DNA of 64,000 nt from Candidatus Spongiisociaceae bacterium (GTDB lineage Bacteria; Actinomycetota; Acidimicrobiia; Spongiisociales; Spongiisociaceae), in contig OZ253564.1 of the NCBI GenBank assembly GCA_965262915.1, positions 96,001-160,000 on the forward strand, written 5' to 3'. A program made the translations under genes and the position numbers. The notes below the pieces were generated by a model. The model did not search any database. It was not told the origin of the DNA and saw only the letters and a program-made list of their open reading frames with translations. The first letter of the stretch is position 1. Each line of letters starts with the position of its first letter. Below are positions 1 to 9,733 of this stretch, piece by piece.

Positions 1-2
1 AC

Positions 3-1061
3 CATCTCGGCTATGTCGACCGGGCGACCCTCCTCAATGGACTGCTGGGCGGCTACTCCCATGGCTACGGCCAGGAGTCCGTCGTAGGCGCTGACCTGGG
101 GCGGGGTTCCGTTGCGTATGGCGCTGAGGAACTCCAGGTGTTCTAGATAGGAAGCCCCGTGGTGGGCTCCGGTGTGGGCTATCCGGCTATCGGCGGCCGT
201 CTCGATCCGGGGTGAGAACCAGGCTCCGCCTCTGGGGCCGGTGAGTACCAGCCCGGACGGGAGGCGCGCCTCCACCTTGCCCCGGTCCCCCACCGCCACC
301 AGTTCCTCCTGGTTCTCGCCCGCCTCGGCGAACATGCACAGGTCCAGCATGGCGCGCTGCCCCCCGTCGTAGTCCACTATCACGTAAGCGTTGTCGAGGA
401 TGTCGGGCCGGCGCCCTCCGTACCGCTCGTCGAGGTGGTTGACCGCCTGGCTGCCCGAGGCGTAGACCCGCACCGGGAGGTCCCCGATGATGAGGTTCAT
501 CAGATCGAAGTGATGGCAGCACTTCTCCACCAGGGTGCCGCCCGAGTTGGCGTTGAAACGATTCCAGTCTCTCACTTTTGCCAGGAACGGGAACCGGTGC
601 TCCCGGATCGCCAGCATCCTGAGGTCACCCACCGTGCCTGCCCGGACCTCGGCGATCAGCCGGGCGATGGCCGGCATGTAGCGGTACTCCATTCCCACCC
701 AGAGAACCGGTTCTCGATCCCGCTGGGCCTCGACCACCCAGCGGCAGTCCTCGACCCGGGTACAGAGGGGTTTCTCGACCAGAACGTGCAGGTCGGTATC
801 CAACAGATCCCGTAGCAGATCTATATGGGTCATGTTGGGGGTTGCGACCACGACCGCATCGCACAGCCCCGAATCGATCAGATGGTGATGGGTGTCGAAA
901 ACCGCCACGTCCTCACCGGTCAGCCCCTCCCTGGCTGCCTCCCGGGAGGGTGGGTGCGGATCGGCCACCGCCGTCACCTTCGTCCCGTCGATGGCCCGGA
1001 TGTTCCCGATGTGCTCGATACCCATCATCCCGGTACCGATCACGCCGTAACGCACCGGCAT
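3..1061 (-). CDS. Gfo/Idh/MocA family oxidoreductase (3' end runs off the window)
   Basis: Manual translation of the minus strand: MPVRYGVIGTGMMGIEHIGNI (Rossmann GxGxxG), ATPNMTH, LVEKPL, GGTLVEKCCHHFDL; not in the ORF track because it is truncated. Confidence 0.85.
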   Translation of the reverse strand, partial: MPVRYGVIGTGMMGIEHIGNIRAIDGTKVTAVADPHPPSREAAREGLTGEDVAVFDTHHHLIDSGLCDAVVVATPNMTHIDLLRDLLDTDLHVLVEKPLCTRVEDCRWVVEAQRDREPVLWVGMEYRYMPAIARLIAEVRAGTVGDLRMLAIREHRFPFLAKVRDWNRFNANSGGTLVEKCCHHFDLMNLIIGDLPVRVYASGSQAVNHLDERYGGRRPDILDNAYVIVDYDGGQRAMLDLCMFAEAGENQEELVAVGDRGKVEARLPSGLVLTGPRGGAWFSPRIETAADSRIAHTGAHHGASYLEHLEFLSAIRNGTPPQVSAYDGLLAVAMGVAAQQSIEEGRPVDIAEM

Positions 1062-1320
1062 CGTCACCACCGGTACCGGGCGGTTCCCCGACCCGGCGGG
1101 TATGCGGCAGGCTTTGCTGGAACTTCCACCTCTCCCGGGTCGACACATGGAGTCTACGAACCCTCACACGGTGCCGCCATCACGCGGTCGAAGGGTCACC
1201 GACCGGCTACCGGGAAGCAGAGAACCGATAGCTCGGAAGTCCCCCTTTCCACCCCATCCTCCCGACGCCGGGCCTCGGTGACCACCTACCCTGAGGTACA
1301 CGTCAGATAAAGGAGTATTC

Positions 1321-3267
1321 ATGACAACCCGACAACCGAGGCGACGCTTCGCCATCCTTGCCGTCCTGGCTCTCGTGGCCGGGATCCTGGTCTCGGTACC
1401 CGTCGTCGGGAGTGCTCAGGACACCGAGGACGCCGGCTTCGTCCTTACGATCCTCCACAACAACGATGGCGAGTCGAAGCTCCTGCCCGACGACGGTTCG
1501 GATCCGGGTGTGGCTCGCTTCGTTGCTCTGATGAAGCAGTTGCAGGCCGCTGCGGCCGGCCAAGCGGTGGTAACGCTTACTTCGGGTGACAACTTCCTGG
1601 CTTCCCAGGAGTTCGGCGTGTCCCTGGCGAGGGAAGGTCCACTCTACGACTCTGTTGCTCTGAGCGGGGTTTACGACGCGATGGCTCTGGGCAACCACGA
1701 CTTCGACATGGGTCCCGAGGTGACCTCCCGGTTCATCAAGGGTTTCGAGCCGGCCATCCCGTTCCTGTCGGCCAACCTGGACTTCTCCGGAGAACCCGGG
1801 TTGCAGGCGCTGGTGGACGAGGGCCTGATCGCCGCCAGCACAGTGATCGAGACCGGAGGAGTGCGGGTCGGCGTGATCGGTGCGGTGACGCCGCTGCTGC
1901 CCAACATCTCCAGTCCTCGCAACGTGGTGGTCTCCCCGGTGCTGCCCGCGGTCCAAGCTGAGGTGACAGCTCTGGAGGCTCAGGGGGTGAATGTTATCGT
2001 CCTGGTCAGCCACCTCCAGGACGTGGCGGAGGAGATCGAACTGGTGGCGAGCCTCTCGGGAGTCGATGTGGTGATCGCCGGCGGCGGCGATGACCTCTTG
2101 CGCAACGAAGGCGACACCTGCCTGCCGGATGAGGAGGCGGTGGCGCCCTATCCGATCATGGTGGAGGACGCTGCGGGGACGATGGTGCCGGTGATCACAG
2201 CTCCGGGTGGCTACCGCTGCATCGGAGTACTCGACGTGAAGTTCGACACGGCCGGGAATGTGGTTGCGACTGACGGCCGCTCGGTGGGGGTGGGTTTCGA
2301 CGTGGAACCCGATCCCGATGTCCAGGCCAACGTGATCGAACCGCTGTCCGCAGCAGTCGGCCTCATCGACGCCGAGGTCATCGGAACCAGCGAAGTGGCA
2401 CTGGACGGCCGCAGACCAGGGATCCGCATCATGGCGACCAACGAGGGGAACCTGATGGCCGACGCTCTGCGTGCCGCCGCCATCAACCTGGCCGACGAGT
2501 TCGGGAGTCCCGTGCCGGATGTGGCGATCCAGAACGGGGGAGGTATCCGCAACAGTTCGCTGATCCCACCAGGCGAGATAACCGTCGGGACCACGTGGGA
2601 CATCGCTCCCTTCCGCAACTTCGTGGTCGTCGGGGAGGTACCGCGCGACGTCTTCCACATCCTGCTGGAACAGGCCGTGGACCGGATACCGGGCGCCGGG
2701 GGCCAGTTCGCCCAGGTGTCGGGGTTCACCCTCACCTACGATCCGGCTGCCCCTGCCAGAGAGATCGCGCGGGACGGAGACTGCTCCCTCGTCGGCAATC
2801 CCGGGGAGCGGGTGAGAGAGGTGGTCCTCGACGACGGCACGGTCATCGTCAGCGATGGCCAGGTTGTACCGGGTGATCCGGTCGCGCTGGCCATCATCGA
2901 CTTCCTGGTAGGTGGTGGGGACTGCTACCCGCTGACGGACATCAGCTTCACCAAGCTCGGTGTCAGCTACCAGCAGGCCCTGGCCAACTACATCTCGACG
3001 GACCTCGGCGGGACCATCACGGCCGAGGACTACCCGGTCGGTGGCGGGGGCAGGATCGTAGCCCTTGAACCCGAACCCGAGACCATCGAGGTGACGGTGC
3101 AGGCGGGTGACACTCTGCGGAAGATCGCCATGACCCATCTGGGGGACGAGAACCGCTGGTCGGAGATCTTCGCACTCAACGAGGGTGTGACCCAGGCGGG
3201 CGGTCGGGCGCTCACCAACCCCGACCTGATTCTCATCGGCTGGGTCCTGCAGATTCCTGCCCCCTAA
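1321..3267 (+). CDS. Secreted 5'-nucleotidase/metallophosphoesterase with C-terminal LysM domain
   Basis: Signal peptide; LHNNDGES, SGDNF, LGNHDFD, NGGGIR motifs; C-terminal VQAGDTLRKIA...NPDLILIGWVLQIP LysM; RBS aaggag. Confidence 0.9.
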   Translation: MTTRQPRRRFAILAVLALVAGILVSVPVVGSAQDTEDAGFVLTILHNNDGESKLLPDDGSDPGVARFVALMKQLQAAAAGQAVVTLTSGDNFLASQEFGVSLAREGPLYDSVALSGVYDAMALGNHDFDMGPEVTSRFIKGFEPAIPFLSANLDFSGEPGLQALVDEGLIAASTVIETGGVRVGVIGAVTPLLPNISSPRNVVVSPVLPAVQAEVTALEAQGVNVIVLVSHLQDVAEEIELVASLSGVDVVIAGGGDDLLRNEGDTCLPDEEAVAPYPIMVEDAAGTMVPVITAPGGYRCIGVLDVKFDTAGNVVATDGRSVGVGFDVEPDPDVQANVIEPLSAAVGLIDAEVIGTSEVALDGRRPGIRIMATNEGNLMADALRAAAINLADEFGSPVPDVAIQNGGGIRNSSLIPPGEITVGTTWDIAPFRNFVVVGEVPRDVFHILLEQAVDRIPGAGGQFAQVSGFTLTYDPAAPAREIARDGDCSLVGNPGERVREVVLDDGTVIVSDGQVVPGDPVALAIIDFLVGGGDCYPLTDISFTKLGVSYQQALANYISTDLGGTITAEDYPVGGGGRIVALEPEPETIEVTVQAGDTLRKIAMTHLGDENRWSEIFALNEGVTQAGGRALTNPDLILIGWVLQIPAP

Positions 3268-3288
3268 CCGCTCCTGCTCCCTCGACAT

Positions 3289-3320
3289 GCGGGTGTCCCG
3301 GCCTCGGCCGGGACACCCGC
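3289..3320 (+). terminator. Stem-loop after the nucleotidase gene
   Basis: Perfect 14-bp stem gcgggtgtcccggc-ctcg-gccgggacacccgc. Confidence 0.65.
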
Positions 3321-3455
3321 GTCCACGGGCCCCTGGAGTGATCGACGCTCCGGTAACACGCGAGGCCTTGAGAGGGTGAGCGGGCGTTCCAGCGGGAGTC
3401 GACCGCACGGCCCATCTACGAGGCCAACCCCGTCCGGTCTTCGGACCACGATCCG

Positions 3456-3953
3456 GTGATCATCGGTCTGCATCTCGGGAAAGGCTCGACCCCGGGGCCG
3501 ACCCCGACCGGCGAGGTTCGAGTGGTCGAGACACCCTTCACCGACCTGGAAGACGCGTCGGACGCCCACCGCCACAACATCGGCCGCGTCTACGGCCTGG
3601 GAATAACAACGGGTAGGGCGCAGACCACGTTCTCGCCCCTCGCCTGCGCGGACCGTGGGCGGATGGCATCCCTCCTGGCCCGGCTCCACAGCGTGCTGAC
3701 CGGAGATACCGCTGCAGTGGTTGCGACACCGTTCACCGACTTGAACGAAGCGTCGAGCACCCTCGGCGACGACATCGGCCTCGTCTACGGACTCGGTATA
3801 ACAAGCGGTACGTCGGATACGACGTTCTCCCCCGATGCTTGCACGACCCGCCAGCAGATGGCGTCGTTGCTGGTGAGGACATACCGGGCGGCAACGATCG
3901 CCGGACGCTCCTCGCACACCTCGGACACTGAAGGGCTGGACACCCCGGAGTAG
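3456..3953 (+). pseudogene. S-layer homology (SLH) repeat protein, probably a fragment
   Basis: Two repeats PFTDL...VYGLGIT.G...TTFSP.AC..R..MASLL.R; no signal peptide or convincing start. Confidence 0.6.
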
Positions 3954-3978
3954 GAGTGGACGGGAACGATCGGTGGCG

Positions 3979-5310
3979 TCACAGCCCGTTGCGGATGATC
4001 ACATCCCGGTACCAGTAGGCCGAGCCCTTCGGTGTGCGGCGCTGGGTGACGTGATCGACATGGACCAGGCCGAAGCGGCGCGAGTAGCCGAAGCTCCACT
4101 CGAAATTGTCCAGCAGGGTCCAGGCGAAGTAACCCCGCAGCGGAACGCCGTCGGCGATCGAGCGGGCGGCTTCGACGAGGTGGCGCTCCAGATACGAGCG
4201 ACGGCCCTGGTCGTCGACCGTCTCGCCGTCCTGGATCGTGTCCGGGTAGGCAGCTCCGTTCTCCGTTACATAAACCGCCTCGACACCGCGGCCGGCCAGC
4301 ATCCGCAGCATCTGGCCGAGACCGGCAGGTGTCACCGGCCAACCCATCTCGGTCACCTCGGCAGGAGGCCTGCTCAACGGTGACGGCCGGTCGCAGTCCC
4401 TGAGGCCCGGATACCCGACCACCTCGGTGCGGTAGTAGTTGAGTCCCACAGCGTCCAGCGGCTGGGCGATGATGCCCAGGTCACCGTCGGCTACGACCGA
4501 GGCCGGCCAGCCGGTCAGCGCCGCCAAGTCGTCCGGATACCGCCCGACGAGCAAGGGGTCCAGGAACCACCGGTTCATCAGACCTTCCTCGAAGGCGGCC
4601 GCGTCCCGGTCCAGCGGATGATCCGAGCGCGGGACGCGGGGTTCGAGGTTGAGAGCGATGCCCACTTCGATGTCGCCGTGCCCGGCTCGTAGCGCCTGCG
4701 ACGCCAACCCGTGCCCGAGTAACTGGTGATGGATCACATCGAGTTCGGCGCCCGAGTTGACCAGCCCGGGAGCGTGCTGACCGGTCCGGTGGCCGAGGTG
4801 GGCCACCACCCAAGGCTCGTTGAGGGTAAACCAGTGCCTGACCCGGTCCCCGAGCCGGGCTTCCACCGCTGCTGCGTAGTCAGCGAACGCATGTGCCGTG
4901 TCCCGGACTCTCCAACCCCCGGCGTCTTCGATGCACTGCGGATGGTCCCAGTGGTACAGAGTGACGAACGGCTCGATACCCGCCTCCAGGAGCCCGTCCA
5001 CCAGCCGGTCGTAGAAGTCCAGACCCGCCTGGTTGGCGGTACCGCTCCCTTCCGGTAACACCCTCGGCCAGGCCACCGAGAAGCGATAGGCGGACAGTCC
5101 CAGCTCCTCCATGATCCGGATGTCGTCCCGCCATCGGTGATAATGATCGCAGGCCACATCACCCGTGTCGCCGTTCATCACCCGCCCGGGAATCCGGCAG
5201 AAACGGTCCCATACGCTCTCCGACCTACCGTCCTCGGCCACTGCGCCCTCGATTTGGTACGAGGAGGTGGCCGCACCCCAAAGGAACCCGTCAGGGAAGC
5301 GGCGGGTCAC
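3979..5310 (-). CDS. GH1 beta-glucosidase
   Basis: FLWGAATSSYQIEG, TLNEP (acid/base), VTENG (nucleophile), DNFEW. Confidence 0.95.
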   Translation of the reverse strand: MTRRFPDGFLWGAATSSYQIEGAVAEDGRSESVWDRFCRIPGRVMNGDTGDVACDHYHRWRDDIRIMEELGLSAYRFSVAWPRVLPEGSGTANQAGLDFYDRLVDGLLEAGIEPFVTLYHWDHPQCIEDAGGWRVRDTAHAFADYAAAVEARLGDRVRHWFTLNEPWVVAHLGHRTGQHAPGLVNSGAELDVIHHQLLGHGLASQALRAGHGDIEVGIALNLEPRVPRSDHPLDRDAAAFEEGLMNRWFLDPLLVGRYPDDLAALTGWPASVVADGDLGIIAQPLDAVGLNYYRTEVVGYPGLRDCDRPSPLSRPPAEVTEMGWPVTPAGLGQMLRMLAGRGVEAVYVTENGAAYPDTIQDGETVDDQGRRSYLERHLVEAARSIADGVPLRGYFAWTLLDNFEWSFGYSRRFGLVHVDHVTQRRTPKGSAYWYRDVIIRNGL

Positions 5311-6890
5311 GAACGAAGCATCGCGCCGTCCAAGCGGCCCAGGGTGAGTTCACCGTTCACCGGGCCCGTAACATTCCTGCTCGTTGCCACCAGTACCTCC
5401 CCTTCGGCCGGCACCGGAACCGGCTCGTCACCGAAGTTGAGGTAGACACAGACGGTCTCGGCATCGGTGAGGCGCCGGTAGGCGAAGATCGTCTCCGGCG
5501 GGCCTTCGATGGCTTCGTAGGAACCGACGCGCAACGCAGGAGAACCCTTTCGCACTGCGAGCAGGCGGCGGGTGAAGTTGATCATGGAGTCCGGATCGTC
5601 CAACTGGGCTTCGACGTTGGTAGCGCCATCGGGATCGACGGTCGCCAGCCACGGCTGCCCGGTCGTGAAGCCCGCCGAGGCCTGCGCATTCCATTGCATC
5701 GGTGTTCGGCAACCGTCCCGCCCCAGGCCCGGTTGCCTCCGACCCCAGGGATCCTGCTGCTCCTCGGGCGGGATGTCGGCTTGCACCATGCCCAACTCGT
5801 CGCCGTAGTACAAGGTCGGGGTACCCCTCAGCGTGAGGAGCATCAAGGTGGCCATGCGGGCGCGGCGGTTCCCGTATCTGGTGGCAATCCGTATCTCGTC
5901 GTGGTTACCGAGTACGTAGTTCGGCCAAGCACCCGGCGGCAGCACCGCCTCCTGGGATTCGACCACCTGCCGTGCCCAGGCAGCGGTCCACTCTCCGTGC
6001 AGCATGCCGAAGTGGTAGGGCATGTGGAGTTCGTCCCCATCCCCGTAATAGGCCGCCCACTCCTGGCCCTCCAAGTGGATCTCCCCTACGGAGAACCTCG
6101 GCCGGTCCGCCGAGAATTCGTCGAGCACCGCCCGCACCGCCCGGAACAGACCGTGTATGTCCGGATGGCCCCGGTCGTAGAGATGGACCAGCCTGTCGTA
6201 CTCGCCCAGGTTCTTGTAACCGTGCTCGGGACGCTCCAGCACCGGGTTGGAGCGGTATTCGGGATCCTTCATGGCGAAGTGGCAGGCGTCCAACCGGAAC
6301 CCGTCGACCCCTCGGCGGAGCCAGAACCGGAGCGTGTCGAGCATGGCTTCCTTCAATGCCGGGTCCCGCCAGTTCAGGTCGGGTTGGCCGGCCAGGAAGC
6401 TGTGCAGGTAGTACTGGCCGGTGTGGTCGTCATACGTCCAGGCCGGGCCGCTGAACACCGAGATCCAGTTGTTGGGCTCGGATCCGTCGGGCGCCGGGTC
6501 CCTCCATACATACCAGTCGCGCTTGGGGTTGTCACGGGAAGAACGAGACTCCACAAACCAGGGGTGCGTGGACGAGGAATGGTTGGGAACCCAGTCGACG
6601 ATCACCCGAAGGCCGAACTCATGTGCCCGCCTTACCAGGGCGTCGAAGTCGTCGAGGCTGCCGAAGATCGGGTCCACATCCACGTAGTCGGCCACGTCGT
6701 ATCCGAAGTCGGCCATCGGCGACCTGTAGAAGGGTGAGATCCAGACCGCGTCCACGCCCAGCGTTCCGGCAAGATAGTCGAGCTTGGAGGTGATTCCCGC
6801 CAGATCACCGATGCCGTCCCCGTTGGCATCCATGAAGCTGCGCGGATAGATCTGGTAGATGACGGCCTCGTGCCACCACTCGTATTGCAT
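5307..6890 (-). CDS. GH13 alpha-glucosidase
   Basis: YQIYPRSF, DWVPNHSS, GFRLDA, LGNHD, RDGCRTPMQW; start moved to MQYEWW after RBS ggaggaag. Confidence 0.92.
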   Translation of the reverse strand: MQYEWWHEAVIYQIYPRSFMDANGDGIGDLAGITSKLDYLAGTLGVDAVWISPFYRSPMADFGYDVADYVDVDPIFGSLDDFDALVRRAHEFGLRVIVDWVPNHSSSTHPWFVESRSSRDNPKRDWYVWRDPAPDGSEPNNWISVFSGPAWTYDDHTGQYYLHSFLAGQPDLNWRDPALKEAMLDTLRFWLRRGVDGFRLDACHFAMKDPEYRSNPVLERPEHGYKNLGEYDRLVHLYDRGHPDIHGLFRAVRAVLDEFSADRPRFSVGEIHLEGQEWAAYYGDGDELHMPYHFGMLHGEWTAAWARQVVESQEAVLPPGAWPNYVLGNHDEIRIATRYGNRRARMATLMLLTLRGTPTLYYGDELGMVQADIPPEEQQDPWGRRQPGLGRDGCRTPMQWNAQASAGFTTGQPWLATVDPDGATNVEAQLDDPDSMINFTRRLLAVRKGSPALRVGSYEAIEGPPETIFAYRRLTDAETVCVYLNFGDEPVPVPAEGEVLVATSRNVTGPVNGELTLGRLDGAMLRS

Positions 6891-6991
6891 TTCTTCCTCC
6901 AGGAGCAGCCGCACGTTACCCAACCGTCCGCGCCTAGCCCCAATCGCCTGCGCTTCGTTCGGACCCGCGAGGCACTCCAGGCGCCACCCTG

Positions 6992-7624
6992 TCACTGGAC
7001 CATATCGACATCGAGGCGGATCGACTCACCGAGACGGTGCATGCCGCCGATACTGACCAAGCGGGCTTCCGCCAGCGTATCCCATGTCCCTCGGAACAGG
7101 GGCGCACCCGTCCCTCCGGCCAGTAGCGGCCCGTAGTACAGCACCACACGGTCGACGAGTCCGGCATCGAGGAACGAGCGGAACAGGAGGGCGCCTCCCT
7201 CGACCATAATCCTCCGCATGCCCAGCGCGCCGAGTCGGGCTAGACCGGTCGCCAGGTCCACACGGTCGCCCGAGACATCGGGCGCCACGAATACTCGCCC
7301 CGGCACCTCCAGTGCGGTGGGAGACAACACGATCGGATCACGCCCGAACAGATGTGCTGCGGGCGGCAACTCTCCCCGCCCGGCCACGATCACCGGGGTC
7401 GGCTGCTCGATGCCTAGCCCACGGCAGGCGTCGAGCCGGACCGTCAGGCGGGGGTCGTCGGCCCTGACGGTACCCGCTCCCACCATCACGGCATCGACCT
7501 CGGCCCTCAGCCGGTGAGCATCCCGGCGAGCCTCCGGTGAGCTGATCCATTGGGAAGTTCCGTCGGCCGCAGCCAGCTGGCCGTCGAGGGTCATGGCCGC
7601 CTTCATGATGACGGTGGGCCGCAT
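6992..7624 (-). CDS. RibD C-terminal (pyrimidine reductase) domain protein
   Basis: KAAMTLDG, SQWISS, GAGTVRADDPRLTVR, VEGG; no deaminase domain; start at MRPTVIM. Confidence 0.85.
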   Translation of the reverse strand: MRPTVIMKAAMTLDGQLAAADGTSQWISSPEARRDAHRLRAEVDAVMVGAGTVRADDPRLTVRLDACRGLGIEQPTPVIVAGRGELPPAAHLFGRDPIVLSPTALEVPGRVFVAPDVSGDRVDLATGLARLGALGMRRIMVEGGALLFRSFLDAGLVDRVVLYYGPLLAGGTGAPLFRGTWDTLAEARLVSIGGMHRLGESIRLDVDMVQ

Positions 7625-7695
7625 GTGGGAAGGGTAGTGGTCCGTGTTCAGTGAGGTTATACACATGTTACAGCTCTCCCAGGTTGGTCTCGCCA

Positions 7696-8298
7696 CTAGC
7701 CACTGGCCATCGACCTCTCGTGTTCCAGGAGCAGCCGTTTGCGTTCGAGGCCCCCGGCGTAGCCGTGCAGGCTGCCGTCGGCGGCGACTACACGATGACA
7801 CGGAAGGACGACGGGAATCGGGTTGGCCCCCAAAGCGCGGCCGGTTGCCCGGGACGCATTCGGATTGCCCACCATGGCGGCTACCTGTCCGTAGGTGCGG
7901 ACCTCGCCCAACGGGATTCGGGCGGTCGCGACCAGCACTCGCTCCTGGAACGGCGTGATGAGGGAATGATCGAGGCGTAGATCGGGCACCTGCCGGCCGG
8001 CAAAATATGCTTCGAGCCAGGAACGAACCGACCCGACCGCTGACGGTAACCGGACTATGCGCGGCGACACCTTCCTGGACACTGACCTCATGATCTCATC
8101 CAGGTCGTCCGTTTCGAATGCCAGGGCCATAAGACCTTGGTGGGTAACCAGAGCTGTCAGGTCACCGATCCGGGAAGGCACCCTGCCGAAGGCGACCTCG
8201 GCCTCTCCTTCACTGAACGCCCGCCGCGCGAAGCGCCTCACAGCATCCTCGGTGGAAACGGACTGGAGGTTCCTGATCCTCTCGGCAACGTCGCTCAT
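7696..8298 (-). CDS. ogt: Methylated-DNA--protein-cysteine S-methyltransferase
   Basis: TYGQVA, ASRATG, active-site PCHRV; ATG overlaps the sigma-factor stop (ATGA). Confidence 0.9.
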   Translation of the reverse strand: MSDVAERIRNLQSVSTEDAVRRFARRAFSEGEAEVAFGRVPSRIGDLTALVTHQGLMALAFETDDLDEIMRSVSRKVSPRIVRLPSAVGSVRSWLEAYFAGRQVPDLRLDHSLITPFQERVLVATARIPLGEVRTYGQVAAMVGNPNASRATGRALGANPIPVVLPCHRVVAADGSLHGYAGGLERKRLLLEHERSMASG

Positions 8299-8753
8299 CT
8301 GTAGTCCTTTCGGAGTGAAGCCAGCCCGGCCCGCACGTTCTGCCGAGCAGCGGGCTCGCTGATCGCCATGACCGTTGCGATATCCGCGTACACAAGATCG
8401 GCGAGATAGCGCAGAGTCACGGCGGCCCGCTGCTTCTCCGGAAGCCCGGCTACCCGGCCCCAGAGTTCCATGTCGCGCATCGCTCGAGGCTGCGACGGTT
8501 GGTCCGGTACGGAGGCGAACGGCCGCTCTCTCGAGTGTTTCCGGAAATGGTCGATGGCCTTGCGGCGGGCAATCGTGAACAGCCAACCTCTCAGATTCCG
8601 GCCATGGCGCAGACCCTCGTACGAGCGGAGGGCGGCCATGAGGGTCTCCTGCAGGCAGTCGTCGGCCGCGACCGGACCCACCATCCCGCACAGGAAACGA
8701 TGGAGCGAACGTATGTGCTCGTCAACGAGCTTCTGGAACGGCGGCAGGTTCAT
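8295..8753 (-). CDS. ECF RNA polymerase sigma factor
   Basis: ADDCLQET, WLFTIARRKAID (region 2), LPEKQRAAVTLRY...YADIA (region 4). Confidence 0.9.
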   Translation of the reverse strand: MNLPPFQKLVDEHIRSLHRFLCGMVGPVAADDCLQETLMAALRSYEGLRHGRNLRGWLFTIARRKAIDHFRKHSRERPFASVPDQPSQPRAMRDMELWGRVAGLPEKQRAAVTLRYLADLVYADIATVMAISEPAARQNVRAGLASLRKDYR

Positions 8754-8877
8754 CTGCCTTCTAAACGGTACAGGGCCACGATCCGTGAGATGGTCCCTTC
8801 TCGAAAGCGCGGCGACCCAGCCCGGTTAGCGAGAAGAGGGTTGACCATTAAGTGCAATATGGATACAGTGTGTTGCA

Positions 8878-9129
8878 ATGGTAACCAAGACAATCGGGTT
8901 TGCGGTCGCGGAGGAGGATTTGTCACGCCTTGATCGTCTCACAGCCAGGTTCGGCAACGGTAATCGCTCGGCGTTCCTCCGAGAGGCCATGCACCAGATG
9001 GAAGTGGTCGACCGCGCCGCGCGCCTCGTGGAGTTCCAGGTATATGGGGCGCGGCAGGCAAATGAAGCAGGCTTGGACGATGACGATCCCGTGACTGTGG
9101 TACGTCGGGTTTTGAAGAACCGCACCTGA
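8878..9129 (+). CDS. CopG/ribbon-helix-helix putative antitoxin
   Basis: TKTIGFAV...LDRL...NRSAFLREAM RHH pattern; directly upstream of a PIN gene. Confidence 0.7.
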   Translation: MVTKTIGFAVAEEDLSRLDRLTARFGNGNRSAFLREAMHQMEVVDRAARLVEFQVYGARQANEAGLDDDDPVTVVRRVLKNRT

Positions 9130-9131
9130 CT

Positions 9132-9629
9132 TTGTTACCTATCGTTGTCGACATAAACATCCTCGTCGGCGCGGTATCGGGCGCCATGAACCCCTTCCAC
9201 TCCTGGCCATCGCCGCCACCCGTGCGTGGAAGCCCGCCAGCCAACGTGATCGGCATTCTCAACGACGCGCGGGAGTTCTCGTTGTTCCTCTCCGAACACA
9301 TACTCGCCAATACCGTCCGAGTACTGGTAGGGGAACCTCCCGATGGCTACGGGTGGGAGATCGAGCGCGTGGAGAACTACCTGGCGCTCCTAGTCGACAT
9401 CGGCACAGCCTCCGGGGGAGGTGTGGTTGAACCGGGAGTTGTCGTGACTGATTGCGATGACTTCGAGGACAACAGGATTCTCGAGTGTGCACTTGCGTGT
9501 GGCACGGTGATGATCGTGAGCGATGACGACGACCTCGTTCGCCTGTCGCCGTGGCGCGGTTGCGTGATCGTGACAGCCGCCGAGTTCGTCAGTCGAACCG
9601 ACGCTATGCGACGTGCCGGCAAGCGCTGA
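9132..9629 (+). CDS. PIN-domain putative toxin
   Basis: IVVDINILV, DFEDNRILECA, IVSDDDDL acidic PIN motifs. Confidence 0.8.
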   Translation: MLPIVVDINILVGAVSGAMNPFHSWPSPPPVRGSPPANVIGILNDAREFSLFLSEHILANTVRVLVGEPPDGYGWEIERVENYLALLVDIGTASGGGVVEPGVVVTDCDDFEDNRILECALACGTVMIVSDDDDLVRLSPWRGCVIVTAAEFVSRTDAMRRAGKR

Positions 9630-9733
9630 GCGTCAGCAAAGCAAAACTCCCCGCACCTCTCTCGGGTTCTCAAGGGCTTCTGTCCTTACCGTTGGTTGCC
9701 CAGGGAACCGTCTGGTCGGCCACGCGTCGCCGC

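Noticed and set aside
1303-3408. 701-aa minus-strand ORF
   Set aside because: Antisense shadow of the 5'-nucleotidase gene.
7625-7695. FMN riboswitch upstream of the ribD-like gene
   Set aside because: Only about 70 bp and no RFN consensus motifs.
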